A stretch of 64,000 nt of DNA, from assembly GCA_965223705.1 (NCBI GenBank), contig OZ245015.1:448001-512000 (forward strand). The letters run 5' to 3'. Made by a program: the position numbers and the translations under genes. This stretch comes from Myxococcota bacterium. GTDB taxonomy: Bacteria > Myxococcota_A > UBA9160 > UBA6930. The notes beneath the pieces were generated by a model that worked only from the letters and a program-made list of their open reading frames with translations, did no database searches and was not told the DNA's origin. Positions 41,908-51,396 of this stretch are shown piece after piece (within the stretch, counting starts at the first letter, position 1; each line of letters opens with the position of its first letter).

Positions 41908-43117
41908 CACCGCTCCCGAGCTCCCCTCACAAGCCCGCGCTTGGTGGGTGGTTGCAGCGCTCTTCGTCGTCCTGATGTCTTCGTCCGGCCTGGCCTTCTA
42001 CAGCCTGCCCATCCTGGTTCGGGTGATGAGCGAGGAGGGTCTCTTCTCGGTCCACACGGTGTCGAGCGCCAGCGCCATCTTTTTCCTGGCGAGCGGCCTG
42101 GCGGGACTCGTGGTGGCGCGTGCCCTGCATCGTTTCGATGTCCGCATCGTCGTGACGGTGGGTAGCTTGGTCTGCGCACTCTGTTTGCTCGCACTCGGTC
42201 GCGTCGAGGATCGGGCTTCGCTCTTTGGGGTGTACGCGCTGTTCGGAGCCGGCTTCGCCGCGACTTCGCTGATCCCGGCGATGACCGTGGTGGCGCGTTG
42301 GTTCGACGAGCACCGCGCGATCGCGGTGGGTGTGGTCTCGACGGGCCTCTCGTTCGGGGGCATCGCCGTTGCGCCGGCTACCGCCCACTTCGCCGAAGCC
42401 TACGGACTGCGGGTCGTGGTGCCGTGGCTGGCGGGCGCCTATCTGCTGGGGACGATTCCACTCTGCTGGGCGTTCGTGCGCGACGGTCCCGATCGGGACG
42501 AGACGGCGGTTCCGGAAACCGCGGCGGCGAGCTACCGCGCAGCGGTGCGCACGCCGTTCTTTCTGTGGATGAGCCTCGCCTACGTCTGCCTGATGGGCGC
42601 TCAAGTGGGCGCCATGATGCACATCTACAACCTGGCTGCTTCACGCATCGATCCGACCTTCGGCCAATTCGTCGTCTCGCTCGTCGCCTTCGCGAGCGTG
42701 TGCGGGCGTTTCGGCGGCGGCTTCGTGCTGACGAAAATTTCGGTCTATCCGGCGGCCTCCGTGCTGACTCTGCTCCAGGCGGTGTCGCTGGCCGCACTGT
42801 GCGCCGGCGAGACCCGACTCGCGATCGGAGTGGCGGTCGTGGCCTTCGGCCTCTCGGTGGGCAATCTGCTGATGATGCAGCCCCTCATCCTGATCGACGC
42901 CTTCGGGGTCCGCGACTACGCGAAGATCTACGCGTTGAGCCAGTTGCTCACGACGGCGGGCTACGCCGCCGGCCCAGAGGTCATGGGCGCGATGTTCGAT
43001 CGGTTCGGGGGGTACGAGGCCGCTTTCGGGCTCGCGGCGGGATTCGCGGGGCTGGGCTTCGTTTGCTTCCGCGTCGCGATGCGTTGGCGACCGCAGATCG
43101 GCGTTCGGGAGCAATAG
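41888..43117 (+). CDS. MFS transporter (OFA/MCT-like)
   Basis: 12 TM helices, ARWFDEHRAIAVG, FDRFGGY; start uncertain. Confidence 0.8.
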   Translation: MWSLAISTAPELPSQARAWWVVAALFVVLMSSSGLAFYSLPILVRVMSEEGLFSVHTVSSASAIFFLASGLAGLVVARALHRFDVRIVVTVGSLVCALCLLALGRVEDRASLFGVYALFGAGFAATSLIPAMTVVARWFDEHRAIAVGVVSTGLSFGGIAVAPATAHFAEAYGLRVVVPWLAGAYLLGTIPLCWAFVRDGPDRDETAVPETAAASYRAAVRTPFFLWMSLAYVCLMGAQVGAMMHIYNLAASRIDPTFGQFVVSLVAFASVCGRFGGGFVLTKISVYPAASVLTLLQAVSLAALCAGETRLAIGVAVVAFGLSVGNLLMMQPLILIDAFGVRDYAKIYALSQLLTTAGYAAGPEVMGAMFDRFGGYEAAFGLAAGFAGLGFVCFRVAMRWRPQIGVREQ

Positions 43118-43135
43118 ACAGCGGGCCCGGCCGGA

Positions 43136-43474
43136 TCACATTCCGAGCTCGAGCCTCGCCGCTTCGGACATCATGGTGGGATCCCACGGCGGATCCCAAA
43201 CGAGATCGAGTTGAACGTTGCCAACCCCGGCGACGCTTCGCGCTTTGGCCTCGACTTCCGGGGGCAGCGTCTCGGCGACGGGGCACATCGGCGACGTCAG
43301 CGTCATGCGGATACCGACGTCACAAGCGTCAGAGACGTCGACGTCATAGATGAGACCCATGTCGTAGATATTCACAGGAATCTCGGGATCGTAAATCGTC
43401 CGCAAGATGTCGATGACGTCGAGTCGAATCGATTCGGCTTTCGACGGTGCTTGCTGCGAGATCTCTTCACTCAC
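43136..43474 (-). CDS. sufT: SUF-associated DUF59/SufT protein
   Basis: DPEIPVNIYDMGL, TSPMCP, WDPPW. Confidence 0.9.
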   Translation of the reverse strand: MSEEISQQAPSKAESIRLDVIDILRTIYDPEIPVNIYDMGLIYDVDVSDACDVGIRMTLTSPMCPVAETLPPEVEAKARSVAGVGNVQLDLVWDPPWDPTMMSEAARLELGM

Positions 43475-43483
43475 TGGGGTTCC

Positions 43484-43936
43484 TCATTCTGTCTTGACCG
43501 TCTCGCCGTTGCCGGCGACCGCCGCGCGGAGGGTGTGCCAGGCCAGCGTCGCGCACTTGACGCGCATCGGGAATTCTCGGACACCGGCGAAGATTGCGAG
43601 CTTGCCGAGGCCCTCGGTATCCGGCGGGACCGTCGGATCGCTCGTCACCAGTTCTTTGAACTCTTCGAAGAGGCGCTCGGCTTCGGCCAGCGGCTGTCCT
43701 TTGAGGCGTTCCGTCATCATCGACGCCGAGGCCTTGGAAATGGCGCAGCCGGAGCCTTCGAAAGAAACGTCTGAAATGTTCTCGCCGTCGAGCTCCAAGT
43801 ACACGGTGATCTTGTCGCCGCAGAGCGGATTGTCGCCGCGCGCTTCGCGGTTCGCGTCCGGCAAGCGCCCGAAGTTTCGCGGGTGCTTGTTGTGATCGAG
43901 AATCGTCGTTTGGTAGAGCTCGCGCAGGTCGGACAT
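43484..43936 (-). CDS. sufU: SUF sulfur-transfer protein
   Basis: NPLCGD, GCAIS.AS, RVKCA. Confidence 0.92.
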   Translation of the reverse strand: MSDLRELYQTTILDHNKHPRNFGRLPDANREARGDNPLCGDKITVYLELDGENISDVSFEGSGCAISKASASMMTERLKGQPLAEAERLFEEFKELVTSDPTVPPDTEGLGKLAIFAGVREFPMRVKCATLAWHTLRAAVAGNGETVKTE

Positions 43937-45159
43937 CAGGTCAAGAGCTCGATGGTGGTGAGGATCGCCTCGTACAGGCGATCGAGATCTTCCGTGGTGT
44001 TGTAGACGCCGAGCGAGGCGCGCGCGGTCGCCGGCACACCCAAGCGTTCCATGAGCGGCTGCGCACAGTGGTGTCCCGCGCGAATCGCTACCCCCTCTTG
44101 ATCGAGCACGGTGCCGATGTCGTGGGGATGAACGCCTTCAATCACGAACGAGAGAACGCCGGTCTTGCGCGGCGCGGTTCCGATCAACGTGACCTCGGGA
44201 ATCGATTCGAGTCGTTCCGTTCCGTACGCGAGAAGCGCTTCTTCGTGTGCTTCGATGGCCGAAAGTCCGACGGATTCGACGTAGTCGATCGCGGCGCCGA
44301 GGCCCACCGCCCCGGCGATATCCGGGGTGCCCGCCTCGAAGCGCTGCGGGATATCAGCGTACGTCGTTTCTTCGAAACTCACCGTTCGGATCATATCGCC
44401 GCCGCCCTGGTAGGGCGGCATCGAGGCGAGGAGGTCGGCGCGACCGTAGAGCGCACCCATCCCGCTCGGGCCGTAGAGCTTGTGGCTCGAAAAGACGTAG
44501 AAGTCGCAGCCCAGGGCTCCTACGTCGACGGGGAACCGCGGCACGGCCTGGGCACCATCGACGAGTACGACGGCGCCGCGCCCATGCGCACGCTCGACAA
44601 TTTGAGCGACCGGGTTGATCGTCCCCAGCGCGTTCGACACGTGCCCCACAGCGACGATCCGCGTGCGCTCGGTCAGCAGTGCATCGAAAGCGTCCATGCG
44701 AAGCACGCCGCGATCGTCGATCGGCGCCACGCGCAGCTTCGCACCGGTCACTTGGCAAATCATCTGCCAGGGGACGATGTTCGCGTGGTGCTCCATCTCG
44801 GTGATGAGAATCTCGTCCCCCGAGCCGAGCGTCGTTCGTCCGAACGTCTGTGCGACGAGGTTGATCGCTTCCGTGGCGTTGCGCGTGAAGACGATCTCGC
44901 GAGGCTCTCGCGCGCCGAGAAAGCGCGCCACTTTCGCACGCGCCTCATCGTGGAACCGCGTGGCCGTCGCGGAGAGCTCGTAGACCCCGCGGTGGATGTT
45001 CGCGTAGTTCTGCCGGTAGAAAGCGTCCATCGCTTCGAGGACGACGCGCGGCTTTTGGGCGCTGGCGGCGGTATCCAGATAGACCAGCGGCTTGCCGTTC
45101 ATCGGGCGCTCGAGGATCGGAAAGTCCCGACGCACCGCAGTGACGTCGAAGGCGCTCAC
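43936..45159 (-). CDS. sufS: Cysteine desulfurase
   Basis: YLDTAASAQKP, SSHKLYGP, RAGHHCAQP. Confidence 0.95.
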   Translation of the reverse strand: MSAFDVTAVRRDFPILERPMNGKPLVYLDTAASAQKPRVVLEAMDAFYRQNYANIHRGVYELSATATRFHDEARAKVARFLGAREPREIVFTRNATEAINLVAQTFGRTTLGSGDEILITEMEHHANIVPWQMICQVTGAKLRVAPIDDRGVLRMDAFDALLTERTRIVAVGHVSNALGTINPVAQIVERAHGRGAVVLVDGAQAVPRFPVDVGALGCDFYVFSSHKLYGPSGMGALYGRADLLASMPPYQGGGDMIRTVSFEETTYADIPQRFEAGTPDIAGAVGLGAAIDYVESVGLSAIEAHEEALLAYGTERLESIPEVTLIGTAPRKTGVLSFVIEGVHPHDIGTVLDQEGVAIRAGHHCAQPLMERLGVPATARASLGVYNTTEDLDRLYEAILTTIELLT

Positions 45160-46331
45160 AACGCCGCCCCGAGCTGCGCGAGCGAAGATTCGAGGAGCCG
45201 TTCCCGCAAGCTGTCGTCAGAGATCTCCGCCAGGGCTTCGGCCGCGAAGCCGCGGACCAGGAGCCGCCCCGCTTCCTGTGGATCGATCCCTCGGGTGCGC
45301 AGGTAGTAGAGCGCTTCCGCGTCGAGTTGGCCGATCGTCGCCCCGTGTGTACAGCGCACGTCGTCGGCGTAGATCTCGAGCTGGGGTTTCGTGTCGACTT
45401 CCGCTCGCTCGTCGAGGAGGAGATTCGGGTTGCTCTGGAGCGCCTGCGTCTTCTGGGCGTCCGGTCGAACCACGACGCGACCTCGGAATACACCGCGCCC
45501 GGTTCCCGACACGACGCCCTTGTAGAGCTGATCGCTCGATCCGTGAGGAACCGCGTGGTCGACCACGGTGTGGTGATCGCAGACACCGCCTTCGGAAGTG
45601 CCGAAGAGACTCCGCAAGCGGCATGACGCGCCTTCGCCGGCGAGGGTGACCGCCAGGTCTTGACGCGTGAACGCTCCTTCGAGGGTCACGGCGTGGTAGA
45701 GCAATTGGCTGTCGCTCGCCTGGTGGATCGCGACCGTACTCGTCGAAGCGGAGCGGCCACTCTTGTGGAACACGAATTCGACGACCGCTCCCGGCTCGAG
45801 AAACAACTCGACGACGTCGTTGCGCCAACACGTTTCATCCGCCGGCGCTTCTCCGATCCGGATGCGGGCCGTCGCGTTCGCCCCGATGCGGCCCAAGACA
45901 CGCGCCGCGTGCGCCTGCGCGCGGCGAAGTGTCGGAAAGGTGATGTTGATCGGTTCGGCGATGTGGGCACCCGATTCGACCGAGAACGCTGTGCCGGCGC
46001 CGAGGAGGGCCGTGTTGAGCGCCGCCACCGGATGTGATTTCAGGTCGATGAGCTCGCCGAGCCCCGGTGCGGGGTCGGACCGGAGTGGAGCGACCGAGAC
46101 GCCTTCTTCCCGACCGATCTCGACGTGGACGGGTTCGAGAGACAGGGCGTGTTCTTCCGCGATGACGGAAGTGAGATTCGTGTAGCGCCACTCTTCGACC
46201 CGCGTGTCCGGAAAACCGCGATCCGAAAAATCGCGGAGTGCGGCCGCTCGCAAACCGGCGTGCGGGCCTTCGTGGGCGGCCGCGATCGCTGCCCACCGGT
46301 CGGTGGCCTTCGCAAAGGTCGCGCCGCTCAC
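45156..46331 (-). CDS. sufD: Fe-S assembly protein
   Basis: EEWRYT, PQLEIYADDVRCTHG, YLRTRGI. Confidence 0.92.
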   Translation of the reverse strand: MSGATFAKATDRWAAIAAAHEGPHAGLRAAALRDFSDRGFPDTRVEEWRYTNLTSVIAEEHALSLEPVHVEIGREEGVSVAPLRSDPAPGLGELIDLKSHPVAALNTALLGAGTAFSVESGAHIAEPINITFPTLRRAQAHAARVLGRIGANATARIRIGEAPADETCWRNDVVELFLEPGAVVEFVFHKSGRSASTSTVAIHQASDSQLLYHAVTLEGAFTRQDLAVTLAGEGASCRLRSLFGTSEGGVCDHHTVVDHAVPHGSSDQLYKGVVSGTGRGVFRGRVVVRPDAQKTQALQSNPNLLLDERAEVDTKPQLEIYADDVRCTHGATIGQLDAEALYYLRTRGIDPQEAGRLLVRGFAAEALAEISDDSLRERLLESSLAQLGAAL

Positions 46332-47083
46332 GTCGCGGCTCCGTCCTCTTCGATCCAGCCGTAACCCTTTTCTTCGAGCTCGAGCGCCAGCTCCTTGCCT
46401 CCGGAGCGGACGATGCGGCCCTTCGAAAGCACGTGGACGTGGTCGGGAACGATGTAGTCGAGGAGCCGCTGGTAGTGCGTGATGACCAGCATGCCCCGCT
46501 CCGGTGAACGCAGATGGTTGACGCCGCCGGCGACGGTGCGGAGCGCGTCGATGTCGAGCCCCGAATCGGTCTCGTCCAAGATGGCGAGCTTGGGTTCGAG
46601 CAACAACATTTGCAGTACTTCGTTGCGCTTCTTCTCCCCGCCGGAGAAGCCTTCGTTGATTGCGCGGTTCATCAAGTCTTCGGGCATCTCGACGAGCTTC
46701 ATCTTCTCTCGCACGAGCGTCAGGAAATCGAATGCGTCGAGCTCTGGCTCTCCGCGGTGGCCACGGATCGCATTGAGCGACGCTTTGAGGAAGTAGTTGT
46801 TGCCGACTCCCGGGATCTCGACGGGATACTGGAACGCGAGGAAGATGCCCTCCCGCGCGCGTTCTTCGGGCGCCAAGTCGAGGAGTGCGCGGCCTTCGAA
46901 CAGCACCTCACCTTCGGTGACTTCAAAATCGTCGCGCCCGGCGAGAACACCGGCGAGGGTGCTCTTGCCGGAACCATTGGGTCCCATGACCGCGTGGACC
47001 TCCCCCGGATCGATTCTCAAGTCGATCCCGCGGAGGATCGCCTTGCCGTCGGCGGAAGCGTGTAGATTCCGGATTTCGAGCAC
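46328..47083 (-). CDS. sufC: Fe-S assembly ATPase
   Basis: GPNGSGKST, FSGGEKKR, DETDSGLD. Confidence 0.95.
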   Translation of the reverse strand: MLEIRNLHASADGKAILRGIDLRIDPGEVHAVMGPNGSGKSTLAGVLAGRDDFEVTEGEVLFEGRALLDLAPEERAREGIFLAFQYPVEIPGVGNNYFLKASLNAIRGHRGEPELDAFDFLTLVREKMKLVEMPEDLMNRAINEGFSGGEKKRNEVLQMLLLEPKLAILDETDSGLDIDALRTVAGGVNHLRSPERGMLVITHYQRLLDYIVPDHVHVLSKGRIVRSGGKELALELEEKGYGWIEEDGAAT

Positions 47084-48537
47084 TAGCCCACGCTCCCTTC
47101 GAGGCTCACGCCGAGGAGTTGTTGCGCCTCGACGGCGAACTCCATCGGGAGCTCCTTGAGGACTTCTTTACAGAACCCGTTCACGATCATGGAAACCGCG
47201 TCTTCCTCCGACAGGCCACGCTGCCGGCAGAAGAACAATTGGTCCTCGCCGATCTTGGATGTCGTCGCTTCGTGCTCCACGGTGGCGCTTGAGTTCTTCA
47301 CCTCCACGTAGGGAAACGTGTGAGCGCCGCACCGATCGCCGATGAGGAGCGAATCGCATTGCGAATAATTTCTGGCATTCGAAGCTTTCGGCCCGATCCG
47401 GACCAGCCCGCGGTAGGCCTGGGAGCCATGGCCCGCGGAGATCCCTTTGCTGATGATCGTGCTGCGCGTGTTCTTGCCGATGTGCAGCATCTTGGTGCCG
47501 GTATCGGCTTGCTGGCGATTCGTCGTCATCGCGACGGAGTAGAACTCCCCGATCGATTCGTCGCCCTGAAGAATGCAGCTCGGGTACTTCCAGGTGATGG
47601 CGGAGCCCGTCTCGACCTGGGTCCAAGAAATCTTCGAGCGGCGTCCCGCACACTTGCCGCGCTTCGTCACGAAGTTGTAGATGCCGCCTTTGCCGTCTTT
47701 GTCACCCGGGTACCAGTTCTGAACGGTCGAGTACTTGATCTCCGCTTCCTCGAGCGCGACGAGTTCGACGACGGCTGCGTGCAACTGATTCTCATCGCGC
47801 ATCGGCGCGGTGCAGCCCTCCAGGTAACTGACGTAGGCGTTGTCTTCGGCGACGATCAGCGTGCGTTCGAACTGCCCGGTCTCCTGGGCGTTGATCCGAA
47901 AGTACGTCGAGAGCTCCATCGGGCAGCGCACGCCCTTCGGAATGAACGCGAACGACCCGTCGCTGAAGACGGCGGAGTTGAGTGCCGCGAAAAAGTTGTC
48001 GGAGTAGGGAACGACGGAGCCCAGATACTTCTTGACGAGCTCTGGGTGATTCTTGACCGCCTCGGAAAACGAACAGAAGATGACACCGTGTTTCTCGAGT
48101 TCGGCCTTGTAGGTCGTCGCCACGGAGACGCTGTCGAAAACGGCATCGACGGCCACCCCGGCGAGCCGCTTCTGTTCTTCGAGCGGGATTCCGAGCTTGT
48201 TGTACGTATCGAGAAGCTCGGGATCGACTTCGTCGAGGCTCGACAGCTGCTTCTTCGGTTTCGGAGCGGCGTAATAGTACATGTCCTGGTAGTCGATCTT
48301 CGGGTAGTCGACTTGCGCCCAGGTCGGCTCACTCTCTTCTTCGAGCATCGAAACAAACCGCCGGTAAGCGCGAAGGCGCCAATCGAGGAGCCACTCGGGC
48401 TCCTCCTTCTTCTCTGAGATGAGCCGGACGGTGGCTTCCGACAAGCCCTTCGGTGCGTATTCCGTCTCGATATCGGTAGCGAAGCCGTACTCGTAGTCGC
48501 GGTTCGCCAGTTTTTCGAGCGTTGTCGATTCGGACAT
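47083..48537 (-). CDS. sufB: Fe-S assembly protein
   Basis: GQFERTL, EGCTAP, YNFVTKR, EHEATTS. Confidence 0.95.
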   Translation of the reverse strand: MSESTTLEKLANRDYEYGFATDIETEYAPKGLSEATVRLISEKKEEPEWLLDWRLRAYRRFVSMLEEESEPTWAQVDYPKIDYQDMYYYAAPKPKKQLSSLDEVDPELLDTYNKLGIPLEEQKRLAGVAVDAVFDSVSVATTYKAELEKHGVIFCSFSEAVKNHPELVKKYLGSVVPYSDNFFAALNSAVFSDGSFAFIPKGVRCPMELSTYFRINAQETGQFERTLIVAEDNAYVSYLEGCTAPMRDENQLHAAVVELVALEEAEIKYSTVQNWYPGDKDGKGGIYNFVTKRGKCAGRRSKISWTQVETGSAITWKYPSCILQGDESIGEFYSVAMTTNRQQADTGTKMLHIGKNTRSTIISKGISAGHGSQAYRGLVRIGPKASNARNYSQCDSLLIGDRCGAHTFPYVEVKNSSATVEHEATTSKIGEDQLFFCRQRGLSEEDAVSMIVNGFCKEVLKELPMEFAVEAQQLLGVSLEGSVG

Positions 48538-48565
48538 CGGGTTGGAGATTCCTTCGGAAAGTTCT

Positions 48566-49045
48566 CTAGTTCGCCGGCCGGTCGGCGACCAAGCGGAGTG
48601 CTGCAATAGATCGCTCTCCCGGGGTCACCAGGTCGGCCAGCGTGATCTCAGCGAGTGCGTCGCGCACCGCCTCGTTGATTCGCAGCCAGGGATCGCGAAT
48701 GCGACAGGTCGACTCCTGGTCGCAATGGCCCGGGCCGGCAGTGCACGCCATGAGGGCGATCGGTCCTTCGAGCGCCTCGATGATGTCGTTGACACGGATC
48801 TCTTCCGGCGGACGCGAGAGGGCGTAGCCGCCTTTCGCTCCCCGTTGAGATACGAGGAGCTCCTCTTGCGCCAGGTTCTTCAAGATCTTGCTCACCGCCG
48901 GGTAGGGCAGCAGCGTCGCCTCGGACATCTCACGCGCGTTGCGAGTCGCAGCGTCGGGGCCGGCGCTACCCGCCGCCTCGGCCGCTTCGGCAAAATGTGC
49001 CAGAAGGACCAGGCCGTAGTCCGTGAGCTTGCTGATGCGAAGCAT
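48566..49045 (-). CDS. Rrf2-family SUF regulator
   Basis: [16 protein letters not shown], three Cys (C..C..C). Confidence 0.88.
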   Translation of the reverse strand: MLRISKLTDYGLVLLAHFAEAAEAAGSAGPDAATRNAREMSEATLLPYPAVSKILKNLAQEELLVSQRGAKGGYALSRPPEEIRVNDIIEALEGPIALMACTAGPGHCDQESTCRIRDPWLRINEAVRDALAEITLADLVTPGERSIAALRLVADRPAN

Positions 49046-49053
49046 CGGCTGAG

Positions 49054-49104
49054 AATATCGGACTGAATTGGTGCTGTAAATATCGGACCGTTCCAGTCCG
49101 GTTT
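49054..49104. promoter_or_regulatory. Putative Rrf2 operator upstream of suf
   Basis: AATATCGGAC repeated 25 bp apart; the second copy forms the palindrome CGGAC-N7-GTCCG. Confidence 0.5.
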
Positions 49105-50311
49105 ACTCGCCGCCGTCGAGCTTTTCGAGATCCGTCCAGTTTCCGATCGGGTGTAAAAAGGCCCAGTTCCCGTGGGACCAATCCAAGGGGGGAGCCTGCA
49201 TCCGGCCCACGCGACAGATCCTGGAGGGAGCCAACCGTGCCAGGGTGTCCGCCGCTCGGGTCGCGTCGGCTCCGAACCCCGCGAGTCCCAGGGCCGCGAG
49301 CGAGCCGCGCATTGGACCGAGGCCTTGTAGCAACGCCGCGAGGTCGTCGAAGGGGTGGAGTCGCAAGAAGCGGTGGAGCGGGTGAGGGCGCGCTTCGTGT
49401 CGGCTCTCGCGCACCACGGCCCAGCGGTTCTCGGAGTCCGCCGCGACCCGAACCCCGGGCTCTGTCGCCGCTCGAAACGCCGCTTCCGTGACCGAATCGC
49501 CAAACGCGACCCGCACTTCCACCGGGCACGCGCCCCGCGGAAGCTCTTCTTCGACCGCGGCGAACGCGTCGGCCAGAGCGTCCATCAACGGATCGATGGC
49601 GGAGCGGTGCGCGTAGACGCCCCGCGGCGAGAGGCAACCCAGTTGATCCCACAACGCGACGTCGAAGGCGATGGCGTGCGCCGTACGTTCGATTTCTGCT
49701 TCACCACCCGCGCTACCGACTACGGCGAAGGATTCGCGATGTCCGTGACCGACGAAGCGCCGGTCGGCGCGGACGCGCGCGCCGAGGGCGCGGATCGTCT
49801 CGTCGTTCCCGTAGGCGACGACGCAGTCCGCGTCGAGAAAAGGGAGCCACGACGGGTCGTCTGGCCCCGGAAGATCGCGAACCGAGACACAAGCAGCGTG
49901 GGCGGGGCTCGTCGCTTCGAGCGCTTCGCGAAACGCCGCCGCGGAAACGGGATCGTGGCGGGCGGGCTTTGCGCGAACGTCGGCGCGCGTTACCAAGGGC
50001 AACAACAGCGCCGACCACGTTGGCATCGGCAGAGCGCCGGCGAGAACCAAGGCGATGTCCCGGAACCCGGTGAAGCGTCGCGGTCCGTTCGCGAAGTGCG
50101 GTTCGACGCTACGGAGAAAAGCCGCGCTGGAGAAGTGTTCCCAGGCGTGGGCGAGGCCGGCTCGAATGACGGCCGGGTGAAACCCCGTCGCGGGGGGAAG
50201 CCTTTCCTCGAGAAGTTTCCGAGGGAGGCCGTCCGCGTGTGACCACGTGGCGACGAACTCGGCCAACCGTCCGAGGTGTTCTTCGTCCGAAAGACCGTCG
50301 AGGGCGCTCAC
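49103..50311 (-). CDS. LuxC-like acyl-CoA/acyl-protein reductase
   Basis: VAYGNDET, GHRESF, DVALWDQLGCLSP (catalytic Cys), MQAPP..WSHG; GTGA overlap with luxE. Confidence 0.8.
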   Translation of the reverse strand: MSALDGLSDEEHLGRLAEFVATWSHADGLPRKLLEERLPPATGFHPAVIRAGLAHAWEHFSSAAFLRSVEPHFANGPRRFTGFRDIALVLAGALPMPTWSALLLPLVTRADVRAKPARHDPVSAAAFREALEATSPAHAACVSVRDLPGPDDPSWLPFLDADCVVAYGNDETIRALGARVRADRRFVGHGHRESFAVVGSAGGEAEIERTAHAIAFDVALWDQLGCLSPRGVYAHRSAIDPLMDALADAFAAVEEELPRGACPVEVRVAFGDSVTEAAFRAATEPGVRVAADSENRWAVVRESRHEARPHPLHRFLRLHPFDDLAALLQGLGPMRGSLAALGLAGFGADATRAADTLARLAPSRICRVGRMQAPPLDWSHGNWAFLHPIGNWTDLEKLDGGE

Positions 50312-51396
50312 GGCAGCGCGTCGATCAATTGCGCGTCCGCGGCGACGGAGCACCCGCGCACATCGCTACCCGAGCCGCGGCCCAGAACCTCGAAGCCCGT
50401 AGGAAGCTCCCGCCCGAGGTCGGCGGTCTGCAGCGCGAGCACGCTCCCGGTGTTCGCGAGGTCGAAGATGCGGATCATGCCGACCTCGCCGGGTGCGCAA
50501 TCGGTTCCGTTCTCGGGGCGTGTCACGCGCACCCGTACCCACGGCGGCCGCTCTTTGTGGCGCGGGACTCCCGGCCGCGCGAGCACGCTGTCGTAGAACT
50601 GGCTGCCGAGTTCAGTCATTCCGTACTGATTCACGATGCGATGTTCCGGAACGCCCAATCGGTCCGTAAGGGCTCCGTAGAGCTCGTTCCGAGGGACTTC
50701 TCGCGAGCGCCCCTTGAAGCCGCCGGTTTCCATGACCCGCGCCGCGGCACCCAGGGAAACGCGGGCGCCAGCGGCCTCGAGCGCGTCGAGCAGGTGCACG
50801 AAGGCGAACGCCGTTCCCGCGACGAGGACCGGCGCATCGCAGGCCTCGGCCGCTTCTAGCGCGTCGCGGAGGGGCGCGAGCGCCAACGCACCTTCGCGCA
50901 GGAAGAACGCACTCTCGCGGTCACCGCGTTCGCGGCGCATGACGTCGAACATGTACGAGAGCGATGAGTCCGACGCTTCGTCGAGAGACGGGGCGAGAAG
51001 AAGCATCCGGACCGGTCCATCGACATCGGGCAGCACGCCGCGTGTAAAGCTCGCGCGGAGAGACGCTTCGTAGAGCTCCGTCGTGTCGAGGTAGAGCGCG
51101 CCGCGCGTACTCCCTGTCGTTCCGCTGGTCCGGAACACTCGGACCGTCCTTTTCTCTTCGAAGCTGCAGAGGCGGGCGGATTTGAACGCACCGGTCGGGA
51201 CGCAGGGAATTTCGGTCCAGGACGAGAGAGCGTCGGGACGCACGCCGAGGCTTTCACAAAACGCCCGGTACGGATCGCAGCGCTCGAACTGGTAGCGGAA
51301 CACACGGAGGGCCAGCTCGTCGAAGCGCGCCTCGGAATCGTCCCAGGGCTCCCCCATCCAGGAGAGCACATCGCGGTCGATCGCCTCTCGGGTCAC
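50308..51396 (-). CDS. LuxE-like acyl-protein synthetase
   Basis: FRTSGTT, ETGGFKGR, YGMTEL, TADLG, FEVLGR...RGCS (C-terminal Cys). Confidence 0.85.
   Translation of the reverse strand: MTREAIDRDVLSWMGEPWDDSEARFDELALRVFRYQFERCDPYRAFCESLGVRPDALSSWTEIPCVPTGAFKSARLCSFEEKRTVRVFRTSGTTGSTRGALYLDTTELYEASLRASFTRGVLPDVDGPVRMLLLAPSLDEASDSSLSYMFDVMRRERGDRESAFFLREGALALAPLRDALEAAEACDAPVLVAGTAFAFVHLLDALEAAGARVSLGAAARVMETGGFKGRSREVPRNELYGALTDRLGVPEHRIVNQYGMTELGSQFYDSVLARPGVPRHKERPPWVRVRVTRPENGTDCAPGEVGMIRIFDLANTGSVLALQTADLGRELPTGFEVLGRGSGSDVRGCSVAADAQLIDALP

Noticed and set aside
49103..51396. Bioluminescence (lux) operon
   Set aside because: No luxA/B/D/G. The LLM genes present are unlinked and not luciferase-like.
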